64,000 nt of DNA from Nitrospinota bacterium. GTDB lineage: Bacteria; 2-12-FULL-45-22; JACOWJ01. A program made the position numbers and the translations under genes. Shown one piece after another: positions 56,922 through 64,000 of this stretch (the first letter of the stretch is position 1; every line of letters starts with the position of its first letter). Where the stretch lies: NCBI GenBank assembly GCA_016176845.1, contig JACOWJ010000025.1:5364-69363 (forward strand). The letters run 5' to 3'. A model generated the notes under the pieces. The model did not search any database. It was not told the origin of the DNA and saw only the letters and a program-made list of their open reading frames with translations.

Positions 56922-58055
56922 ATGGCTGATGCTTACGTTCCCGGGCTGGAGGGGGTGCCGGTTACCGAATCCAAGATCAGCTTCATCGATGGGAAGAAAG
57001 GAATCTTGGAATACCGGGGTGTCCCCATCCAGGTGTTGGCAGAAAAGAGCACTTTCGAAGAGACCGCTTACTTGCTCCTGTGGGGAAAATTTCCTGCTCG
57101 GGGCGAGTTGGAGCAGTTCGATCAGGAGCTTAGAAGCCACCGAAGGGTGAAATACGGCATCCTCGACCTCATCAAATGCCTCCCCAACACATCCCATCCC
57201 ATGGACATCCTTCAGGCCTGTGTGGCGGCCCTGGGAACTTACTATTCCGCCAGGGATGTCGCTGACAAGGAGGAGAACCATCGCTCTGTGATTCGCCTCA
57301 TCGCCAAGCTGCCCACCATTGTGGCCGCCTTCGAACGGATACGCCGGGGCGACGAGCCCGTCCGCCCGCGGGATGACCTGAGCCACAGCGCCAATTTTCT
57401 CTGGATGCTCACCGAGCGGGAGCCTGACCCCCTCGCCGTCCGGATCATGGATGTCTGCCTGGTCCTGCATGCCGAGCACACCATGAACGCCTCCACCTTC
57501 GGCGGCCTGGTGACCGCCTCCACGCTGGCCAACCCTTACTCCGTGGCCTCCTCGGCGGTCGGGGTGCTCAGTGGTCCGCTGCACGGCGGGGCCAACGAGG
57601 AAGTGGTCATCATGCTGCGGGAGATCGGCAGCGTGGAGAAGGTTCGGCCGTATATCGAGGAGCTGATCCGCGCTAAGACGCGGATCATGGGCGTCGGGCA
57701 CCGGGTCTATAAGGTCAAAGATCCCCGGGCCCCCATCTTACAGAGGCTGGCCGAACAGCTCTTCTCCCAAAAGGGCGAGAGCCCCCTCTACCGAATCGCC
57801 TCTGAGGTGGAGCGGGTGGTGGTGGAACACTTGGGCGCGAAGGGGATCTACCCCAATGTGGATTTTTATTCCGGGATCGTTTACGACAAACTGGGAATCC
57901 CCTTGGACCAGTTCACCCCGATCTTCGCCATCTCCCGAGTAGCCGGCTGGATGGCCCATTGGCTGGAGCAGATGGAGCGTAACCGCCTCTTCCGTCCGGA
58001 GGAGATTTACACGGGCGAGCACGACCTGCCTTATATCCCCCTCGAGCGGCGTTAG
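56922..58055 (+). CDS. gltA: Citrate synthase (type I/archaeal-like)
   Basis: GLEGV, LHAEH, GPLHGGAN, GHRVYK, PNVDFYSG. Confidence 0.93.
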   Translation: MADAYVPGLEGVPVTESKISFIDGKKGILEYRGVPIQVLAEKSTFEETAYLLLWGKFPARGELEQFDQELRSHRRVKYGILDLIKCLPNTSHPMDILQACVAALGTYYSARDVADKEENHRSVIRLIAKLPTIVAAFERIRRGDEPVRPRDDLSHSANFLWMLTEREPDPLAVRIMDVCLVLHAEHTMNASTFGGLVTASTLANPYSVASSAVGVLSGPLHGGANEEVVIMLREIGSVEKVRPYIEELIRAKTRIMGVGHRVYKVKDPRAPILQRLAEQLFSQKGESPLYRIASEVERVVVEHLGAKGIYPNVDFYSGIVYDKLGIPLDQFTPIFAISRVAGWMAHWLEQMERNRLFRPEEIYTGEHDLPYIPLERR

Positions 58056-58083
58056 ATCCCAAACGCCCGCGAAGAGATCGAAC

Positions 58084-58116
58084 GGGAAGGGGAAGCCGAC
58101 TCCGGTTTTCCCTTCC
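58084..58116. terminator. GC-rich hairpin after citrate synthase
   Basis: GGGAAGGGGAAGCCG-ACTC-CGGTTTTCCCTTCC. Confidence 0.55.
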
Positions 58117-58273
58117 ACTCAAGCGCAGCTGCTCAGAACTCGTTCACCTTCAAGCCCAAGATGCTCATGCCTTCAGCAACTTTGGATTCCCCTGATCCCC
58201 CTTCTACCCCCACCCCACGGGGAAACCCTTAGTTACCACGAAAAAGAGGGGACTGGACCTCCCTCCTGAGGGA

Positions 58274-58289
58274 TGGCACACAAATTGCT
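58274..58289 (+). promoter_or_regulatory. sigma54 promoter of amtB
   Basis: TGGCAC-ACAAA-TTGCT; amtB is a typical sigma54/Ntr target. Confidence 0.85.
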
Positions 58290-58363
58290 TATTTTGAGGC
58301 AAGGAACAAAGGCAAAGGTGCTTTTTTTTCACCCCTTTCACCTCAATGAGGAGGTCCAGGATC

Positions 58364-59809
58364 ATGACTAAGAAATGGGCAAGCATCGTCTTGGGGGCTC
58401 TCTTCCCGCTTGGGTGGGGAGCCATGAGCTCAGTCTGGGGCGCTGAAGCCCCCCCTTCCCCCATCAATGCGGGAGATACTGCATGGGTCCTCACCTCTAC
58501 CGCCCTGGTGCTGATGATGACGGCTCCGGGACTGGCCCTTTTCTACGGCGGCATGGTACGGCGAAAGAACGTTCTGGGCACGATCATGCACAGCTTCATC
58601 ATCCTGACCTTGATTAGCGTCCAGTGGGTCTTGTGGGGGTATAGCCTGGCCTTCGGGCCGGACCATGGGGGGGTTATCGGGGGACTGGAGTGGTTGGGAT
58701 TGAGAGGGGTGGGATTGGACCCCAACCCCGATTATGCCGCCACCATCCCGCACCAGGCCTTCATGATCTATCAGGCCATGTTTGCTGCCATCACGCCTGC
58801 CCTCATCACGGGGGCCTTTGCCGAACGGATGAAGTTCAGCGTCCTCCTGATCTTTACCCTGCTCTGGGCCACCCTCATTTATGACCCGCTGGCCCACTGG
58901 GTCTGGGGGACCGGAGGATGGATGCGCAACCTGGGAGCCCTGGACTTTGCCGGGGGCACGGTCGTCCATATCAGCTCGGGTGTCTCGGCCCTGGCCGCTG
59001 CGCTCATCATCGGGAAGCGACAGGGGTATGGCCATCATCCCATGCCTCCCCACAACCTGACGCTCACCGTCCTGGGGGCCTCCCTACTCTGGGTGGGCTG
59101 GTTCGGGTTCAACGCCGGGAGCGCGCTCTCCTCGGGGGCTTTGGCCACCAGTGCCTTCGTGGTGACCAACACGGCCACGGCGGCGGCGGCCCTCTCCTGG
59201 ATGTTTGCCGAATGGATCACCCGGGGCAAGCCTACGGTCCTGGGGGCCGCCAGTGGGGCGGTGGCCGGCCTGGTGGCAATCACACCGGCCTCGGGATTCG
59301 TCGGGCCCCTTTCGGCCATCCTGATCGGGATGGGAGGAGGAATCCTCTGCTGCTTTGCTTGTAATCTCAAGGCAAAACTAGGCTATGATGACTCCTTGGA
59401 CGTGGTGGGGGTCCATGGGGTGGGGGGAACCTGGGGGGCCCTGGCCACCGGGCTCTTCGCCTCCAAAGCGATCAACCCGGCGGGCAATGACGGCCTCTTC
59501 TTCGGCAACCCCGGACTCCTGGGGACGCAAGCGGTCGTCGTGCTTACCACCTGGGTCCTGGCCTTCGTCGGCAGCCTGGTGATCCTCTACGTCCTCAAGG
59601 CCACCATGGGGCTGAGGGTGTCAGACGAGGAGGAGCAGCTGGGTCTGGACCTGAGCCAGCACAATGAGAACGCCTACGTTCTGGAAGTGGCCTACGGGGA
59701 ATCTTTCTCGTCCGAGGCCCTGGGGATGCGGCTCGAGGAGCCCCTGCGATCGCCCATCGCCGGCGCCCGGCCCGCCACGGAGCCGGGAGGAAGCCTTTCG
59801 GGATTTTAA
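58364..59809 (+). CDS. amtB: Ammonium transporter
   Basis: GLALFYGGMVR, DFAGGTVVH, WFGFNAG, DDSLDVVGVHG. Confidence 0.96.
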   Translation: MTKKWASIVLGALFPLGWGAMSSVWGAEAPPSPINAGDTAWVLTSTALVLMMTAPGLALFYGGMVRRKNVLGTIMHSFIILTLISVQWVLWGYSLAFGPDHGGVIGGLEWLGLRGVGLDPNPDYAATIPHQAFMIYQAMFAAITPALITGAFAERMKFSVLLIFTLLWATLIYDPLAHWVWGTGGWMRNLGALDFAGGTVVHISSGVSALAAALIIGKRQGYGHHPMPPHNLTLTVLGASLLWVGWFGFNAGSALSSGALATSAFVVTNTATAAAALSWMFAEWITRGKPTVLGAASGAVAGLVAITPASGFVGPLSAILIGMGGGILCCFACNLKAKLGYDDSLDVVGVHGVGGTWGALATGLFASKAINPAGNDGLFFGNPGLLGTQAVVVLTTWVLAFVGSLVILYVLKATMGLRVSDEEEQLGLDLSQHNENAYVLEVAYGESFSSEALGMRLEEPLRSPIAGARPATEPGGSLSGF

Positions 59810-60014
59810 TAATGTCTAAGGTTGAAGGAATCTTGCAAAGAGGGATCCTATTTGCTACCATAGGGGCTGTCTCCGAGAAGAGTTTTTACTGTCTATCCGG
59901 GAACCCTCCTTCTTCCTTTGTTTTTTCGGTCAAGGCAGGCCCTTTGGGGAGGTTTTCGGATAGGCTCTCAGGACGAAGAGTGTCCTTTCGCCACCTTCGG
60001 AATGGAGGGACCCT

Positions 60015-61550
60015 ATGCGCGTATTGCTCTTGAATCCTCCCAGGAGGATCTCTCCCCAAAGGCAGGAGGTGATCGTCAATGCTCCCCTGGCCGCCTGCCT
60101 GATCACGGGCTACATCGCCGCCACGCTCAGGGCGGCTCGGATTCCCGTGGAGGTCCTGGAGGCAGACCTGGAGGGCTGGGATCTCGATCAGACCGCCTCC
60201 GCTATCGCTTCAACGCGAGGCATGGGAGAGAGGCTCCTCCTGGGGGTCCACCTGGTCTACCAGTGGGAGGAGACCCTGGATATCCTCCGGATGTTGGAAG
60301 GGCTCAAGGCGGAAGGGAACCTCGATCACTTGAGCCTCTATGGGTTTTTTCCTACCTTTGCCTGGCGGGAGCTGTTGGGCCTTTTCCCTTTCGTGGATTC
60401 GATCGTGCGGGGAGAGCCCGAGCTCACCTTTTTAGAGTTGGTCCGCCGGCTATCCGGAGGCCATGAGTGGAGGGATGCGCGGGGGCTGGCCTGGATGGAC
60501 CAGGGGAGGCTTCAGCTCAACCCCGCCCGGCCCCTCATCGATCCCTTGGATCCGCTCCCCTTTCCGTTGCGCCCGCCCCCTTCCCTGCTCCAGGGGCGAA
60601 ATCCGGATAACTACCTGTTGGGAAGTCGCGGATGTTATAATCACTGCTCCTTCTGCTATCTCACCCCCTTCTATCAGGGGCAGCGGCGCTGGCGGGGCAG
60701 GACCCCGCAGAATATCGTCTCCGAGATTGGGCAGGTGCTGGAGGAGACGGGCTCCTCTTCCTTCTATTTCGCGGATGCCAATTTCTTTGGTCCGGGCGAA
60801 AAGGGACAGGAGAGGGCCCGAGAGCTGGCCCGGATTCTTCGGGGGGAGGGTCTCTCCATCCGTTTCGGGCTGGAGTGTCGGGCCAACGACGTCCAAGAGG
60901 AGACCCTGGCCCAGCTGCAGGAGGCCGGTCTGACCCACCTGTTTGTCGGGATCGAGAGCGGCTCCGATGAGGTCCTCGGGCTGATCGAGAAGAACACCAC
61001 CGCTTCGATCAATGAGGAGGCCGTCCGGACGGCTCAACGGTTGGGATTGAAGCTCTCTACCGGCTTCATCATGTTCGAGCCCGATGCCCGGTTGGGCCAT
61101 ATCCGCGAGAGCTTCGAGTTTTTGAAAAGGCTCGGCCTGCTGCGCTCCCCTTCGATCACGGCCCACCTGCTGCACCATCCCCTCGTCGTCCTGCGCGGCA
61201 CCAAGTCCTTCTCCCGCTTGCTCTCCCAGGATCGGCTGGCGGTAGATCCCCTCTTGCAATACGAGGGGCGATATCGGTTCGTTGACCCCCGGGTGGAGTC
61301 CCTGGCACAGCTCATGACGCGAATAAGTTGCCGGGCCTTGCAGACCAATGAAGACCAGGACTACGATCCCCAAGAAGGCTGTTATCGCATTCCCCATGCT
61401 TTGGAAGGGGAGCGGCTTCGCCGTCTGAACGACTTGCTGATCGATACCTTCGCCCGGGCATTGGAATGGCTGGAAGCAGGAGGAGACGGACCGGCCCGGG
61501 AAGGATTGGTTCCCCTGGAGGAGGCGTTCTCCAGAGAGATTGTAAAGTGA
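60015..61550 (+). CDS. Cobalamin-binding radical SAM protein
   Basis: N-terminal B12-binding domain, RGEPE, SRGCYNHCSFC. Confidence 0.9.
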   Translation: MRVLLLNPPRRISPQRQEVIVNAPLAACLITGYIAATLRAARIPVEVLEADLEGWDLDQTASAIASTRGMGERLLLGVHLVYQWEETLDILRMLEGLKAEGNLDHLSLYGFFPTFAWRELLGLFPFVDSIVRGEPELTFLELVRRLSGGHEWRDARGLAWMDQGRLQLNPARPLIDPLDPLPFPLRPPPSLLQGRNPDNYLLGSRGCYNHCSFCYLTPFYQGQRRWRGRTPQNIVSEIGQVLEETGSSSFYFADANFFGPGEKGQERARELARILRGEGLSIRFGLECRANDVQEETLAQLQEAGLTHLFVGIESGSDEVLGLIEKNTTASINEEAVRTAQRLGLKLSTGFIMFEPDARLGHIRESFEFLKRLGLLRSPSITAHLLHHPLVVLRGTKSFSRLLSQDRLAVDPLLQYEGRYRFVDPRVESLAQLMTRISCRALQTNEDQDYDPQEGCYRIPHALEGERLRRLNDLLIDTFARALEWLEAGGDGPAREGLVPLEEAFSREIVK

Positions 61551-61690
61551 AAATTGTAAATTGCAAAATGCAAAATGCAAAATGCAAAATTAAATTTAGC
61601 GTATAGGAATTTCCTTTTTTTGCTATGAGCTAATTTACCAATTTGCAATTTGCAATTTGCAATTTGCATTTTTCAATTCCCCGAAGGGGT
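61540..61690. repeat. (ATGCAAA)/(TTTGCAA) hairpin containing a nested tail-bearing cassette
   Basis: Inner TAAATTTAGCGTATAGGAATTTCCTTTTTTT-GCTATGAGC-TAATTTA. Confidence 0.8.
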
Positions 61691-61701
61691 AAAGGCATCG
61701 G

Positions 61702-62211
61702 ATGGATGAGCGAAGAAAACAGTGGCTTTTGCGACAAGCAAAGGAGCTAGGGGCGCTGGATGCAGTCCTCGTCTGCCCCGAGAAGATCGTGGTATCCGAG
61801 TGGGTGAGATGGAAATGCCAGTACGGCTGCCGTGGTTACGGGGGCCGTTTGACCTGCCCCCCCTTTTCCCCCTCGCCCCAACAGACCCGGCTGCTCCTTC
61901 AAGGTTACCAGGAGGCCCTTTTGATCCACGGGGAAAAGGCCTTTGCCATTCGTTATGCCCTTTCCCAGCTGGAGAGGGAGGCCTTTCTGGAGGGCTACCA
62001 CAAGGCCTTCGGGATGGGAGCGGGCCCCTGCCGGCTCTGCGAGGTCTGCGATACGGCGGGGTCCTGCCAGCACCCGTCCGAGGCCCGGCCTTCCATGGAG
62101 GCCTGTGGGATCGATGTCTTCCAGACAGCCCGCGATCATGGGTTCGAGGTGCAGGTGCTGAAAAGCCCGAGGACCCCAGGAAATTACTTCGGTCTCCTGC
62201 TGCTAGAGTAA
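61702..62211 (+). CDS. DUF2284-like metal-binding protein
   Basis: KCQYGC..CPPFSP, GPCRLCEVC, ARPSMEACGIDV. Confidence 0.85.
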   Translation: MDERRKQWLLRQAKELGALDAVLVCPEKIVVSEWVRWKCQYGCRGYGGRLTCPPFSPSPQQTRLLLQGYQEALLIHGEKAFAIRYALSQLEREAFLEGYHKAFGMGAGPCRLCEVCDTAGSCQHPSEARPSMEACGIDVFQTARDHGFEVQVLKSPRTPGNYFGLLLLE

Positions 62212-62262
62212 TTTAAAAGCATAGGAATTTTCTTTTTTCGCTATGAGCTATGAGCTAATTTA
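62209..62262 (-). repeat. Minimal cassette: tail + (GCTATGA)2 between TAATTTA direct repeats
   Basis: TAATTTA at 62209 (includes the TAA stop) and at 62256. Confidence 0.8.
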
Positions 62263-62265
62263 ACC

Positions 62266-63279
62266 ATGCCTCCACCCGACGACCGGTTAATCGGCGCCGA
62301 GCGCATCCTTCAGCTGAGCCGAGGTTACTGGGCCTCCCAGGCCCTCTTCGTCGCGGTTCGCCTGGGTCTCTTCGCACTCTTAGAGCGGGGTCCGCAGGGG
62401 ATCCCAGGGCTGGCTAGACTGCTGGGGACCGATCCCGAGGCCACCCGAAGGCTGGCGAACGCCCTGGTGGGACTGGGGTTGCTTTCCAGAAAAGAGGAGG
62501 GCTATGAGAACAGCTTACTGGCCAGGGAGCTCTTGGTCCCGGGCAAAGAGAACTACCTGGGCCATGCCATCCATCACGACGAGAACCTTTGGCCTTACTG
62601 GGAAAAGCTGGACCAGGCCATCCGGATGGGGAGCCCGGTTGCCTTCAAGGTGATGGAAAAGGGTCCCTACGATTACGGCCATCGTTTAGAAGATTACCTG
62701 CTGGCGATGAGAGATCACGCTTCCCTCCTGGCTCCACAGATCGTCCGGGCCTTCGACCTGACCGGCTGCCGGCGCCTGCTCGACCTGGGGGGGGGGCCTG
62801 GCGTCTATGCCCAGGCCTTCGCCCGACACCATCCGGAGCTGCGGGTGACCCTTTACGATTTGGACGCAGTCATCGAACTGGCAGAGAGATGGATCGAGCC
62901 GGGCCTTCTGGGAAATCGGGTCCACACCTGCCGGGGAAACTTCCTGGAAGGAGATTGGCCTCCGGCCGACGCGATCTTCTTTTCCCAGGTGATCCACATC
63001 TATGATGCCCCTATCGTAAGGCAGCTGATCGAGAAGGCCCACGATACCCTGGCCCCGGAAGGCAGGATCGCCATCCATGACTACCTCCTCCAGGCGGATG
63101 GCTCCGTCCCCTCTGCAGGATCCCTCTTTGCCCTCAACATGCTCCTGGGGACACCCAAGGGGGCTTGCTACCCGGCAGTCGAGCTGGCTGGATGGCTCTC
63201 TGAGGCCGGATTTGAGGAGATCCGGGAGCTGCCAATCTCCCCTTCTACCTCCCTAATCCTCGGGAAGAAGGGCAGATAG
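62266..63279 (+). CDS. SAM-dependent O-methyltransferase with dimerisation domain
   Basis: N-terminal AVRLGLF dimerisation region, LDLGGGPG, GNFL. Confidence 0.9.
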   Translation: MPPPDDRLIGAERILQLSRGYWASQALFVAVRLGLFALLERGPQGIPGLARLLGTDPEATRRLANALVGLGLLSRKEEGYENSLLARELLVPGKENYLGHAIHHDENLWPYWEKLDQAIRMGSPVAFKVMEKGPYDYGHRLEDYLLAMRDHASLLAPQIVRAFDLTGCRRLLDLGGGPGVYAQAFARHHPELRVTLYDLDAVIELAERWIEPGLLGNRVHTCRGNFLEGDWPPADAIFFSQVIHIYDAPIVRQLIEKAHDTLAPEGRIAIHDYLLQADGSVPSAGSLFALNMLLGTPKGACYPAVELAGWLSEAGFEEIRELPISPSTSLILGKKGR

Positions 63280-63404
63280 GGGCAAGCCCGAATGAACCTC
63301 CCCTATCCGCTAACCCGTAGTTTCGTCCTCCCCTCATCCGACAAGCGGGTACTTCCGAAGAGCCTTGGAAGCATAAATCGATCGTGTGCCTGAAAGATTA
63401 CAGA

Positions 63405-63569
63405 TCAGCTCTTCTTCGAGGTTTGAACCTGTACGTGGCTAATGATCTGTTTGATATCGCCACTATGGCACTCGGGACATTTGTAATTCCTGGCATCATG
63501 CTCCTTTACCGAAAGCTTGAGGGAGACGTTTTTCTTGCACTTTGCGCATTCAAACTCATAGAATGGCAT
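63405..63569 (-). CDS. FmdB family zinc-ribbon protein, 54 aa, not in the ORF track
   Basis: MPFYEFECAKC..CPECHS..SKKS; GGAGG RBS. Confidence 0.88.
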   Translation of the reverse strand: MPFYEFECAKCKKNVSLKLSVKEHDARNYKCPECHSGDIKQIISHVQVQTSKKS

Positions 63570-63644
63570 AACTCATCCCTCCCTTCTCTCTGCCTCCTGC
63601 CCCATCCTTTCCTGGGTGCGGCAGCTTTGCCCATCTTCAGTTTT

Positions 63645-63863
63645 CAAGTTAAGTTTTAAGTTTTAGGTGTTAAGTTTTAGGTTTCTTGCTTAACACTTAA
63701 AACCTGAAACTTAAAACTTTCTCGTAAATCCTGTCTAAAAAGGAAATTCCTATACGATCAAGTTAGGGATTAGGGACTAGGGGCCGGTGAAGAAGAATTT
63801 TGGCTAACACTTAGCCCCTGGCCTCTAGCCCCTCAAAAATGGAAATCCCTATGCATTAAAATA
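63645..63863 (+). repeat. Tandem array of two different heptamer-hairpin cassettes
   Basis: CAAGTTA (63645) - TTTTAGG unit - tail - CAAGTTA (63759) - GGGCTAG unit - tail. Confidence 0.88.
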
Positions 63864-64000
63864 ATTCTCCCAGGGCGAATTTGCAAGGGGAATCTTTCCA
63901 AGGAAGACCTTTGGGAGTGTTTTGGTTGGCTCTTAAGAGGGTTTCGGATTGGTCCGAAAGCCAGGCTGCCGGCTGATCCAGAGGGTGACCAGGGCCCCCC

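Noticed and set aside
58052-58168. Minus-strand MSILGLKVNEF-TGA-AAALEW as a second selenoprotein
   Set aside because: No good RBS and no recognisable family; the downstream hairpin is the citrate synthase terminator
63384-63659. 91-aa plus-strand ORF
   Set aside because: The opposite strand encodes a clear FmdB zinc ribbon with an RBS

Overview
A GC-rich chromosomal window from a probably anaerobic bacterium of Deltaproteobacteria-like type. The lineage is inferred from spoVG, a PxxKW protein, an RpoH-like sigma factor and sigma54 promoters, and cannot be fixed from sequence alone. Housekeeping and metabolic genes dominate: 2-oxoacid dehydrogenase E1a/E1b/E2, sppA, def, pdxA-rsmA, an AsmA/YhdP-like protein, mreB, an M16 protease, nadK, selA, tRNA-Sec, class II aldolase, citrate synthase and amtB. 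There is no integrase, transposase, phage gene or CRISPR array. The most unusual signals are: (1) a family of short intergenic cassettes built from 7-nt-repeat hairpins plus a conserved ~29-nt tail, flanked by 7-bp direct repeats, often overlapping stop codons, stacked in tandem and nested; (2) a small DUF2892/YgaP-like membrane ORF missing from the ORF track, with two in-frame TGA codons (GY-U-P-U) and a SECIS-like hairpin offering one 5' arm per UGA; (3) two paralogous four-cysteine mini-proteins, each downstream of a sigma54 promoter; (4) a duplicated lipoprotein + giant TPR protein module; (5) a divergent TPI-GAPDH fusion with a repeat-derived linker; (6) an orphan MamK-like actin beside tRNA-Sec and mreB; (7) a glutamate dehydrogenase homologue lacking the catalytic lysine; and (8) several MITE/REP families. 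All family assignments come from motif recognition by eye; no database search was run.
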